A DNA stretch of 64,000 bases, from positions 1 through 64,000 of the forward strand of contig NW_021835083.1 of NCBI RefSeq assembly GCF_006345805.1, read 5' to 3'. Both the position numbers and the translations under genes were made by a program. Below, piece after piece: positions 43,361-55,990 of this stretch. This DNA comes from Octopus sinensis (lineage: Eukaryota). Under the pieces are notes generated by a model. That model ran no database searches. It was given only the letters and a program-made list of their open reading frames with translations, and was not told where the DNA came from. Numbering within the stretch: position 1 is the stretch's first letter; each line of letters opens with the position of its first letter.

Positions 43361-44544
43361 CACATTATACCACAAGATTTGAGTTAAACCATGGTGTCTG
43401 ATACTTCCAAAAGCTGCCAATCAACGAAGATGTAAATGTGATATAATACTTCACTGGTTCTCTATAAGATGTTTCTTATGTATTTAAGATGTGATTTTTG
43501 CGTCTGATAAGCAACTAATCAACTATTACAATGATATTGTATGTCATTGTATGTTTCTTGTATACGGCCATTTGTGTGTGTATGTGTGTGTGTGTGTGTG
43601 TGTGGTGTGTGTGTGTGTGTCTGTGTGTCTGTGTCTGTGTCTGTGTGTGTGTGTCTGTGTGTCTGTGTGTCTGTGTATGTGTGTCTGTATCTGTGTGTGT
43701 GTGTGTTTGTGGTTTTATTAGAAAAATGAAAGTGATTGATGAATTTATAAAGATTGATTGAAACATTGTGTAACATAAGTTGGAAGGAAACTAAGATAAA
43801 ATGAAAGAAATATCGAGAGTTGAGGGAACAGAAAGAGAAGAAATGTAATACGAGGAGGCAGAGACAGACAGACAGACAGATAGAGAGAGAAAGAGAAGTG
43901 GGGAAGTGACATACCGTGAAGCAAAGAAGTTTGATGAGGAAAATATAAGTAAAAAATTAGTTGAGTGGGAAAGTGAAAGACAAGTACAATAATAAACGTT
44001 GCTGCTCTTTCCGTTATTTCAAAAATTATTGCCAGTAATACATATGTGAAGTAACGTTTTCAACTACTTCGAACTGGTTAACTCTTACATACACCCCGGA
44101 TCGCCAGGAATGACTAAACTAACAGCAAATTAAAATGGTAATAATTTTAATAAACAGCCCGTGTTTACTTATATATATTTCCACAAATATAACAGAAATC
44201 ACAAAGAAATCGTAATATGTATGGTATGGTTTTACTTAGACAAACAGTGAAACTAATTTCACTGACAATTAAGCAAAACAGAACGGTAGCTCTTATAATG
44301 TCGACAATATCAGAATAAAAATATTTAGATAGCAGGTAGATCGTGTCACGAGAAAGAAGACTGTGGTTGTTTAGACCTAGTTCAGATATGAACAAACATT
44401 GTCCATACTTAATCCATCACCCATTTTCAAAGCCACACATAGTTTTTGGGGTGCTTTTGATCGTGTTTAGTCTGAAACTATTGAGGCCAAGTTCTCAATG
44501 ACAAGATAGAATGCTTCCTTTTCAACTAGTCTTGGCGGTTTTAA

Positions 44545-45180
44545 AAATAAGCGTAATGAATACCGTTCTTCCTTCTCTGATCCTAAGAAGCAATTTAAAT
44601 ACAATGAATGATAACAGCATAAATGAAAGAAAAAAGATAAGATTTGTAAAAAAAAGTCTAGAGATGTTACCAAGTTGTTATCAAAAGCATATTCCAAGGT
44701 ATTCTCACTCTTTATTTGTCAGCATCTTTAATCAACCCACTAAAAGGACGAAGAAACGAATATAGTATGCGATAAGAAATAGTGATCCTGCATGCAAGTC
44801 ACAATAATATGTGACCTGCAGATGACTAACAAGTATTTAATGAGAAAGCTAGTATGAAAATTTGGTTTAGATATATTCGCCAAAACTATTGAAAAGAACA
44901 AATGAAAAACTAATACCAATTCCGTTAAAGAAACTGAGATAAGAGAATTAGACCAAACACAGACTTACAAATGTTTAAGAATTAATGAACTCGCCAAAGC
45001 AAAACAGAGAAAATGGAAAGAAAAAATACATTTTAGAAAAGATTATTGATAGATTGTATAAGATAAATATTTAAACTGAGTTAAATGCCAAAAACAAGAT
45101 AATTCCTATCAATACTTGAGCTGTTTCACTAATAAGTTGGAGTTATATTATTCTTCATTGAAAAACGTTAAGTGAATTAT
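44545..45180 (+). mobile_element. Degraded R4-like RT fragment
   Basis: Mixed frames: MK-FGLDIFAK, EIRELDQTQTYKCL.INE, TELNAKNKII.INT.AVSLIS.SY.I.HW. Confidence 0.6.
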
Positions 45181-45220
45181 TTTGAGCGAGATAAGGAGCG
45201 AGGAAAATAATGGTTTTTGA

Positions 45221-45396
45221 TTTAGGCACAAGGTTGGAAACCGTGAAGGGAAGGTATTCGCTGATATCATCGATCACGCTCATTGGCTGGTACTGCTGCT
45301 AATTTTTTTATCGACCCCGAAAGGATGAAAGGCAATTTTGACTTGATGAAAGGCAATTTTGAATTCAATATGCAAAAAGACAAAAGTACTGCAAGG
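45221..45396 (-). mobile_element. Partial SINE family A with a small internal duplication
   Basis: ttatcgaccccgaaaggatgaaaggcaattttga, with gatgaaaggcaattttga occurring twice. Confidence 0.8.
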
Positions 45397-45560
45397 AATA
45401 TGTGTACGTGTGTGTTCGCGCGCGCGCGTGTATATCTAGGTATGTGCATTGTGAACGAGATTGTGTGTGTTTGTGTGGGTGTGTGTGCGGGCGCCTGCGT
45501 GACTGCGTGCGTGTGTACACATCCATATTCACACAGAACCCCGAAAATGCAAGATCAGCA

Positions 45561-46868
45561 TTGGGAATATTGGAAATGGATAAATTGATGGAGAAAGAAA
45601 TGAAGGAAAATTTAAGGTGGAGTATTTACGCAGACTGTGACTGATCCTTAAGTCGAAATTAAACGGACGGAATAAAATTGAAGCTATCAACACCTGGGTG
45701 GTTTCATTGGTTAGATATGGAGTAGGGGTAACCGCACGGACAGTAGACGAACTAAACAGCTAAAATAGAAAGTCAAGGAAGTTGCTGACTAGATATGGGA
45801 TACTCCACCCAAAAAGTGACAGAGACAGCCTGTATGTGCCATGAAAAAGAGGGGGAAGAGGACTGATTGGCTGTGAACACTGCATTAGAGCAGAGGAAAC
45901 AATGTAGATTGGTATGTAAAAAATGCTACAGAACTGCTATTATTGGAAGTAAGAAGGTCAGGGTTGTGTAGGGTGGAAGATAGCAAAGATAAAGCACTGT
46001 ACAAGGATTTGAGAATGAATGAAAATGAAAACAGGTGGATAGAGAAAAAATACATGGACAATTTCGTAGGGATGTTCAAAATAAAACAGAGAAAAAAGAT
46101 GACCAAAGGTGACTAAAAGTGATTTAAAACCGGAAGCGGAGGCTCTAATCTGTGCTGCCCAAGAACAAGCATTAAAAACGAATTACATCAAATACAAAAT
46201 AGAAAATACATCAGAAAGTGGTAAGTGTAGAATTTGTGGACAAAATGGTGAAACCGTATGGCATACACCAGTCAGTGTACGTCACTAACCCAGAAAGAAT
46301 ATAAGAGACGTCATGCCAATATATCAATGATTGTCCACTGGACACTTTGCAACAAGTATGGACTTGACAGATCAAAAAGTGGTACGAACATAACCCGAAG
46401 GCATCATCGAAAATGATAATGCAAAGATCCTATGGGATTTTCTGATTCAGTGCGACCATGAGATAGAGAATAGGAAGCAAGACAGTGTTAATTGAGAAAG
46501 AAAGCAATTGATGCTGGATCATAGATATAGCATGCCCAGCTGACTACAAGGAATGCGATAAGGAAGAAAGAAAAGTCAATAGATGTGACAGGTTAGTGTA
46601 GGAAGTTAAAGGGTTGTGGTCGATGAAAAAGATGGTAGTAGTACCAATAATTGTTGAAGCCCTGCGACCAGTGAGTAAAATCTTCAGAAGTATATGGAAT
46701 AAATAGGGGCTGCAATAAGGGTGGAGCACTTGCAGAAAACAGCACTGCTTGGAACCGATCGAGTACTCTGGATGGTGCTCGAAAAATAAGAGGTGTTACC
46801 TTAGTTCACTTGTAGTGAACAGCTGACACCATAATATATCTTCAGCGTTAGAAGCTGTGCAAAGACAA
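45561..46868 (+). mobile_element. R4/Dong-like non-LTR retrotransposon, 5'-truncated with intact 3' end and (AAT)n tail, many frameshifts
   Basis: LGILEMDK..EKEMKE; LILKSKLNGRNKIEAINTW; ALICAAQEQALKTNYIK; CRICGQNGETVWH; EYKRRH; KILWDFLIQCDHEIENRK; IIDIACP; QKTALLGT; 3' UTR, then (AAT)n. Confidence 0.93.
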
Positions 46869-46917
46869 TAAATAATAATAATAATAATGATAATAATAAT
46901 AATAATAATAATAATAA

Positions 46918-47020
<103 letters not shown>

Positions 47021-47021
47021 G

Positions 47022-47234
47022 TTTTCAAATTTTGCCAGAAGAACACCAATTTTGGAAGAAGGGATGACTCGATAACATCGACTCCAGTGCACAACTGGTA
47101 TTTATTTTATCGACCCTGAACGGATGAAAGGCAATGTCGGCCTCGGTAGAATTGGAGCACAGAATGTAGAAACAGGCAAAATGCTCAGCAGCATTTTGGC
47201 CGGCGTGCTAACGATTCTTCCTGCTCGCCGCCTT
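47022..47234 (-). mobile_element. SINE family A embedded in (AAT)n/(TAG)n tracts
   Basis: Minus strand: aaggcggcgagcaggaagaatcgttagcacgccggcc...ccgacattgcctttcatccgttcagggtcgataaaataaataccag. Confidence 0.9.
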
Positions 47235-47272
47235 CAATAATAATATTAATAATAATAATGATAATAATAATA

Positions 47273-47319
<47 letters not shown>

Positions 47320-47335
47320 GTAATAATAATAATAA

Positions 47336-47892
47336 TTGGTATAAAAGATGGGCTTTGCTTTGTCTTGGTATAAAAGATGGGCTTGTTTTGTCTTGGTATA
47401 AAAGATGGGCTTGTTTTGTCTTGGTACAAAAGATGGGCTACAGCAAATATTCTGCTCAATACCATAGATTTGCTTGTCAGTTGTTTGACCTTAACCAGTT
47501 GAGCATATCCCTTAGTGGCTGACGATATGTGCATCTCTGATCACGAGCAGAAGTAGTGGGGGAGCATCATAGCCATGTGTTGAGAGGGATTATTTGGGGT
47601 TTGAATAATTCACCTCTGGAAACATGGGTGGTTCTTTCAACATCCTTAAACAACCCTTATTCAGGGACCTTTTGAGCGGGATGGGCTACTCAACCTAAAG
47701 AAAATTCTAACTGGGCCCCACCTGCAAGGTCATGTGCTGTTTATCTTGATATGAGATCACCATGTCGCGCACATATGGTTGTGATGCATGTGCCTGATGT
47801 ACCCTTATCAGACGGGTTGTCATGATGGGTATACTGGGCTTCGTATATTTTACCCTAGTGTCACTTTGATGGCATGCACTGCTCTCTCACTC
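47336..47892 (+). mobile_element. Family E copy 2, 5'-truncated, with a 28-bp unit reiterated at the 5' junction
   Basis: Colinear with copies 1 and 3 from ttgttttgtcttggtataaaagatgggc onward; ends ctctctcactc followed by (AAT)n. Confidence 0.88.
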
Positions 47893-48177
47893 AATAATAA
47901 TAATAATAATAATAATAATGATGGTGATGATGATGATGATAATGATGATGACGACGACGACGACAACAACAACAACAACAACAACGACGACAACGACGAC
48001 GACGAAGACGATGACGATGACGATGATGATGACGATGATGACGATGATGACGATGATGACGATGATGACGATGACGACGATGATAACGATGATGACGATG
48101 ACGACGATGATGATGATGATGACGACGACGACGACAACGATGATGATGATGATGATGATGATGATGGTGATGATGAT
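47893..48177. repeat. (AAT)/(GAT)/(GAC)/(AAC) triplet tract separating family E copies 2 and 3
   Basis: Direct reading. Confidence 0.95.
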
Positions 48178-48733
48178 AAATGCTCTGATACAGTACCAGT
48201 CAGTGGCTCTCATGGCTTCTGATCTTAACTGATTGGAAGTGTTATCATGTACATTGTTTTGTCTTGGTATAAAAGATGGGCTACAGCAAATATTCTGTTC
48301 AATACTACAGATTTGCTTGTCAGTTGTTTGATCTTAACCAGTTGATCATGTCTCTTAGTGGCTGACGATATGTGCATCTCTGATCATGAGCAGAAGTAGT
48401 GGGGGTGTATCATAGCCATGTGTTGAGAGGGTTTCCTTCCTGTTTAAATAATTCACCTCTGGAAACATGGGTGTTTCGTTCAACATCCTTAAACAATCCT
48501 TATTCAGGGACCCTGTAAGCAGGATGGCCTACTCGACCAGAAGAAAATTCTAACTGGGCCCCACCTGCAAGGTCATGTGCTGTTTATCTTGATATGAGAT
48601 CACCATGTCGCGCACATATGGTTGTGATGCATGTGCCTGGTGTACCTTTATCAGACGGGTAGTTATGATGGGTATATTGGGCTTCGTATATTTTACCCCA
48701 GTGTCACTTTGATGGCATGAACTGCTCTCTCAC
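48178..48733 (+). mobile_element. Family E copy 3 (near full length)
   Basis: aaatgctctgatacagtacc...gaactgctctctcac followed by (AAT)n. Confidence 0.88.
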
Positions 48734-48756
48734 ATAATAATAATAATATAATAATA

Positions 48757-48790
<34 letters not shown>

Positions 48791-48791
<1 letters not shown>

Positions 48792-49236
48792 TGCCGATAC
48801 ACACAGATAGAGAAATTAAGGCCAACAGACCAGATATAGTTGTCAGAGATCATGAAGGAAAAAAATGCTTTCTAATTGATGTATCAATACCGGCAGATGA
48901 CAACGTGTCTCTAAAAGAAATGGAGAAACTCTCAAAATACAAAGACCTGGAAATAGAGGTAACTAGAATGTGGAACCTGAAAACAGAAACAATTCCTATC
49001 ATAGTAGGCGCATTAGGCATGATAAAAAAATATTCAGACAAATACATAACAAAAACACCAGGACTTACAACACATATAACATACAGAAAATTGCACTACT
49101 AGGCACTGCACCATCCTACGCAGAACACTTTCCATACAATAACCATCAGAGCATCACAACAAATCACAGCACATACCCAAGGCACACAGAGCTGCGCTCG
49201 GTAGTGAAGTGAAAGCACGCTATAAAAATAAAACTA

Positions 49237-49239
<3 letters not shown>
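48791..49239 (+). mobile_element. R4/Dong-like 3' fragment with an intact-looking PD-(D/E)xK RLE motif and 3' UTR, flanked by (AAT)n
   Basis: MPIHTDREIKANRPDIVV...CFLIDVSIP.DDNVSLKEMEKLSKYKDLEIEVTRMW...PIIVGALG; 3' end aaaactactg followed by (aat)n. Confidence 0.95.
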
Positions 49240-49290
<51 letters not shown>

Positions 49291-49527
49291 CCTAAGCAAA
49301 TATATTTTCCCCAACACTACCATCCTATACACACGCACTTACACACGTGCACTACCAACCTTCCCTTCATCACAACTTCTACGTCCTTTTCTACCCCAAT
49401 TATTCCACCCAACTATTTCCATAGAACTCAAAAGAGATTAGAGGTAATCCATAACCTATTTAGCGGACAACGTAAATAAGAGAAAATGATGCTTGGCGCT
49501 TAACATATTTTGGCCAAAACTCCAGCA

Positions 49528-50440
<913 letters not shown>

Positions 50441-50518
50441 ATGTTTATCTTTGTCAATCTATCTAAACATCTCAATCACAGTCTCTACCAGTTGATGTCC
50501 CTCTTTCAATTATCGAGT

Positions 50519-50938
50519 CTCTCTTTTACTCTCTTTTACTCTCTTTTACTTGTTTTAGTCATTTGACTGTGGCCATGCTGGAGCACCACCTTTAGTTGAG
50601 CAAATCGACCCCAGGACTTATTCTTTGTAAGTCCAGTACTTATTCTATCGGTCTCTTTTGCCGAACCGCTAAGTGACGGGGACGTAAACACACCAGCATC
50701 GGTTGTCAAGCAATGCTAGGGGGACAAACACAGACACACAAACACACACACACACACACATATATAAATATATACATATATACGACAGGCTTCTTTCAGT
50801 TTCCGTCTACCAAATCCACTCACAAGGCATTGGTCGGCCCGGGACTATAGCAGAAGACACTTGCCCAAGATGCCACACAGTGGGACTGAACCTGGAACCA
50901 TGTGGTTGGTTAGCAAGCTACTTACCACACAGCCCCAC
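50519..50938 (-). mobile_element. SINE family B, near full length
   Basis: (ctcttttact)3 tail, cttgcccaag core, ggactgaacctggaaccatgtggttgg head region. Confidence 0.93.
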
Positions 50939-51163
50939 TATTTCTCTTTCTCTTTCTTGTCCACTCTCTCTTTCTCTCTTCCCCATTCTTTCTCCATCCC
51001 TGCCTATCTCTACCCCATCTCCAATTCTTACACTCACTTCATCCCTCCTACTCACTCTCCGTATTACTCTGTCTCTACCTGTCTTTTTGTCCATCTCTCC
51101 TCTCTCTTTCCAACTTTCTTCCCTAACTCCCGCTCCTTGTCAATTTCTCCCCATCTCTCTTAT

Positions 51164-51205
<42 letters not shown>

Positions 51206-51914
51206 CCTATCTCACTCTCTAACCCCATTTCCAAATGTTATCTCGCCGTTTCCCTCTGTTTTCACCACTTCCCCTTTCTCTTGCTCTATGACCATCTCCT
51301 TTCTTTCTATTTACTTCTTCCCATTTTTCCCTCTCTATCTATGTCTCTTTTTCTCTCCCTTTCCCTCCAACTAGATATATTAGATTTCCCATGAGTCGTT
51401 AAATCTTTACGCCATTCTAAGTATTACTTCCCATAATACCATACGTGAGAGATAATCCAGTTAATCCTGTTGCTTTCTATATATGTCTGCTTCTGTCCTT
51501 GCTGTGCCACGTTCGATGCCTTATGGCTCCTCAAGGGATCCAGGGACTGAGGGCGCTAGCTGTGAGTCTACGCATTCATTTCGATTAATATCCATTTCTG
51601 GTGTGTAACGTAGTTAGTACAATGTGCGCATGTATCAGTGAGTGTGACTGTATTTGTATGTGTGCGAGTATATGTACGATCTCTGCTTGTTTGAAAACGC
51701 AACAGAGAGAGACAGACATACAGACAGAGACAAATAAATAGAGAGACAGAGAGGATAAGCAAGAGAGAAAACAACTGGGAGAAAAAGTCAACACGTTACG
51801 GTCTACACTTGTTACCCATGAGTTACGTACGTGTACATTCATGCCTTCATATGCACATGCGCACCTGCACAGTCACCGACTTCCACACAAGCACAAAGAA
51901 AACGCATATCTATC

Positions 51915-51995
<81 letters not shown>

Positions 51996-52628
51996 GTCTA
52001 TCTACACACACACATACACACACACATATAGGAAATTAGTTGTTATAGTCCGTGATAGAATGACCATTAGTTTCGCACCTCCAAAGCGCTTAGTCGTATA
52101 GGTGAGCCGTCAGACACAAATGGCCGAAGATACATAACCTCTCCACATAACCTCTCAAGGAAGAAATACATCACGGTCAGTTATTTTTGTTTGTCCTTGC
52201 GGGAGGCGTTGCATACGGAACGGGGGACGTACATACATACATACATACATACATACATACATACATACATACATACATACATACTTACATGCATACATAC
52301 ATACAAATATATGTACAAACAATGGCAGCTGTCAACTTATAGACGTGTACGACCACAAGTGGCAATCTTATTCTGTATGTTAACAACAATGGCTATTAGC
52401 AATGCCCGTACTGAAAGCTGAACTCAAACGACAGCGTTAACAACACTTCAAAGACTCTTACCTGCAAAGCCAAGTAATCCAGGAACAAGCAAGTGCAAGA
52501 CCTACGGCTTCGCAATGCGGCAGACATTGTTTCAGAAGTTTCGTCTCTTGGAGAGGTGTCCAAGCAGAAACTAGCGATCTCACACTGCCATCTGTTGGAC
52601 TACCGTTGACTTTTCTACTTCAACCGTC

Positions 52629-52657
52629 CTTTGATGACATGCGCTGTTCTCTCACAC
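52629..52657 (+). mobile_element. 29-bp 3'-terminal stub of family E
   Basis: ctttgatgacatgcgctgttctctcacac compared with the family E terminus ctttgatggcatgcactgctctctcactc; followed directly by (AAT)n. Confidence 0.7.
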
Positions 52658-52716
<59 letters not shown>

Positions 52717-52775
52717 TCATAATAATAATAATAATAAAAAATAGTAATAATAAAAAAAATTTTTTTTAAAAAGAA

Positions 52776-52985
52776 GAAAAAATATTCAGACAAATACATA
52801 ACAAAAACACCAGGACTTACAAACACATATAACATACAGAAAATTGCACTACTAGGCACTGCACACATCCTACGCAGAACACTTTCCATACAATAACCAT
52901 CACAACAAATCACAGCACATACCCAAGGCACACAGAGCTGCGCTCGGTAGTGAAGTGAAAGCACGCTATAAAAATAAAACTACTG
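52776..52985 (+). mobile_element. 3' ~210 bp of the same R4-like family as 48791-49239, flanked by (AAT)n
   Basis: Near-identical to 49024-49239 apart from small indels; reads KYSDKYITKTPGLTNTYNIQKIALLGTAHILRRTLSIQ*. Confidence 0.95.
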
Positions 52986-53018
52986 AATAATAATAATAAT
53001 GATAATAATAATAATAAT

Positions 53019-53068
<50 letters not shown>

Positions 53069-53109
53069 TAATAATAATAATAATAACAATAATAATAATA
53101 GTAATAATA

Positions 53110-53605
53110 ATCCTTTCTACTCTAGGCACAAGGCCTGAAATTTGGTGGGAGAGAGCCAGTCGATTAGATCGACACCAGTACGCAACTGGTACTTAATTTA
53201 TCGACCCCGAAAGGATGAAAGACAAAGTCGACCTCGGCGGAGTTTGAACTCAGAACGTAGCGGCAGACGAAATACCTATTTCTTTACTACCCACAAGTGG
53301 CTAAACACAGAGAGGACAAGCAAGGACAGACAAACGGATTAAGTCGATTAGATCGACCCCAGTACGTAACTGGTACTTATTTAATCGTCCCCGAAAGGAT
53401 GAAAGACAAGTCGACCTCGGCAGAATTTGAACTCAGAACGTAGCGGCAGACGAAATACCTATTTCTTTACTACCCACAAGTGGCTAAACACAGAGAGGAC
53501 AAACAAGGACAGACAAACGGATTAAGTCGATTAGATCGACCCCAGTACGTAACTGGTACTTATTTAATCGTCCCCGAAAGGATGAAAGGCAATGTCGACC
53601 TCGGC
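53110..53605 (-). mobile_element. Tandem trimer of head-less SINE family A units (period 183 bp)
   Basis: Three Meta-domain segments (tcgtccccgaaaggatgaaag type) joined at gaaatacctatttc at 53269-53282 and 53452-53465. Confidence 0.92.
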
Positions 53606-53980
53606 TAACCATTCTGGAAGCTCGCCGTCTTATTAGTTGCATATGAGAATTACGTGATTCTAGGACGATTATAACTGGGTCTCCTACAAAAAGTCTCAAA
53701 AGTTCTGGAATTCACCGCGTAAGTCTATTTGTGAGTGAGTATGTGTGTTTGCATTTGTAGTAAGTGTGTGTATGTGATAGCGGTGTGTATGTTTGTGATC
53801 GACAGAATGTGTAAACGTGAGAGGAAGAGATAGAGTGAGGGGAAAGGATAAGAACAAAGGAATGAACGGCAATAAAGAACGCTTATAAATATAAAGTGAC
53901 TGTGGTTATCGATTATGTGAATGAGGGATTGTGTTTGAGTGCGTGAGGGAGGGAGGGAGGGGGAGGAGGGAGGGGTGAAG

Positions 53981-54398
53981 GGGAAGGTGGAAGGTTGGCG
54001 AGAAAGAGGGAGAAGGAAGGAGAGAGAAAGAGGAAGGAGTAGAAAGAGGGAGGGATGCGGGAGGGGTGAATGTGAAGGTGGAAGGTAGGCGAGAAAGAGG
54101 GAGAATGAAGGAGAGAGAAAGAGGAAGGAGTAGAAAGATAGAGGGACGGGAGAGGGGTGAATGGGAAGGTGGAAGGTTGGCGAGAAAGAGTGAGAAGGAA
54201 GGAGAGAGAAAGAGGAAGGAGTAGAAAGAGGGAGGGATGGGGGAGGGGTGAATGGGAAGGTGGAAGGTTGGCGAGAAAGAGGGAGAAGGAAGGAGAGAGA
54301 AAGAGGAAGGAGTAGAAAGAGGGAGGGAGGGGAGATGGGTGAATGGGAAGGTGGAAGGTTGGCGAGAAAGAGGGAGAAGGAAGGAGAGAGAAAGAGGG
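53981..54398. repeat. 91-bp purine-rich minisatellite, ~4.5 copies
   Basis: Unit starts (gggaaggtggaaggttggcg...) at 53981, 54072, 54163, 54254 and 54345. Confidence 0.93.
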
Positions 54399-54570
54399 AT
54401 GGGAGAGAGAGTGAGAGAGAGAGAGAGAGGGTGCATGACAAAGTTGAGAAGAATTTGAAAGAAATAACCAAGATAAAAGACAATAGCAGCAACAACATGA
54501 ATGACGTAGATGTGTAGAAAAATAAAATAAAAAATCAAAGAGGAAGTGGAGAGGAGAAGAGGATAAAGGA

Positions 54571-55099
54571 GGGGAAGGAAAAGAAAGAAGAGAACAAGGA
54601 AAGAAAAGAAGAGGGGAGGATAAAAGAGGGGAAGGAAAAGAAAGACGAGAACAAGGAAAGAAAAGAAGACGGGAGGATAAAAGAGGGGAAGGAAAAGAAA
54701 GAAGAGAACAAGGAAAGAAAAGAAGAGGGGAGGATAAAAGAGGGGAAGGAAAAGAAAGAAGAGAACAAGGAAAGAAAAGAAGAGGGGAGGATAAAAGAGG
54801 GGAAGGAAAAGAAAGAAGAGAACAAGGAAAGAAAAGAAGAGGGGAGGATAAAAGAGGGGAAGGAAAAGAAAGAAGAGAACAAGGAAAGAAAAGAAGAGGG
54901 GAGGATAAAAGAGGGGAAGGAAAAGAAAGAAGAGAACAAGGAAAGAAAGGAAGAGGGGAGGATAAAAGAGGGAAGGAAAAGAAAGAAGAGAGCAAGGAAG
55001 AAAGAAGAGGGGAGGATAAAAGAGGGGAAGGAAAAGAAAGAAGAGAGCAAGGAAAGAAAGGAAGAGGGAAGGATAAAAGAGGGGAAGGAAAAGAAAGAA
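54571..55099. repeat. 57-bp purine-rich minisatellite, ~9 copies
   Basis: Unit ggggaaggaaaagaaagaagagaacaaggaaagaaaagaagaggggaggataaaaga. It explains the 19-aa periodicity of the minus-strand ORFs. Confidence 0.93.
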
Positions 55100-55169
55100 A
55101 AGAAAAACAACAATGAAAAAATACGACGATCGCAACGAAACAGCAGACAGGAGGTGTTGGTGGTGGAGG

Positions 55170-55852
55170 AGGAGGAGGAAAGAAAGAAAGAAGACGGAAA
55201 GAAAGAAGACGGAAAGAAAGAAAGAAGATGGAAAGAAAGAAGACGGAAAGAAAGAAAGAAAGACAGAAAGAAAGAGAGAAAGAAAGTAAGAAGGAAGGAA
55301 AAAAAGAAAAAAGAAAGAAAGAAAGAAAGAAAGAAAGAAATAAAGAAAGAAAGTAATACAGGAAGAGAGAAAGAAAGAAAGACGGGAAGAAAGAAAGAAA
55401 GAAAGAAAGACGGGAAGAAAGAGAGAAAGAAAGAAAGACGGAAAGAAAGAAAGAAAGGAAGACAGAAAAAAGAGGTAACGAAAGAAAAGAAAAGAAAGAA
55501 AGAAAGAAAGAAAAGACAAATACGGAAAGAGAGAAAGAAGACAGAAAGAAAGAAGAGAAAGAAAGTAAGAAGGAAGGAATGAAGAAAGAAAGAAACGAAG
55601 AAGAAAGAAAGACAGAAAGAAAAGATAGAAAACGGAAGAAAAGAAAGAAAGGAAGAAAGAAAGAAAGAAAAGAGAAAAAGAAAGAAAGAGAGAAAGAAAG
55701 TAAGTAAGAAGGAAGGAAGGAAGGAAGGAAGGAAGGAAAGAAAGAAAAAAAGGAAGAAAGAGAGAAAAGAAAGAAAGACGGAAAGAAAGAGAGAAAGAAA
55801 GAAAGACGGAAAGAAAGAACGAAAGACGGAAAGAAAGAAAGAAAGAAAGAAA

Positions 55853-55900
<48 letters not shown>

Positions 55901-55990
55901 AAAAAAGAAGGAAATACGGAAAGAAAAGAAAAGAAAAGAAAGAGAAAAAGGAAAAAAGAAAGGAAGAAAAAAGAGACAGAGAAAGAAAGA
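55170..55990. repeat. Degenerate (GAAA)n tract
   Basis: Direct reading. Confidence 0.93.

Noticed and set aside
47336-47438. Short direct repeats as a CRISPR-like array
   Set aside because: The units are contiguous with no spacers, and the context is eukaryotic.
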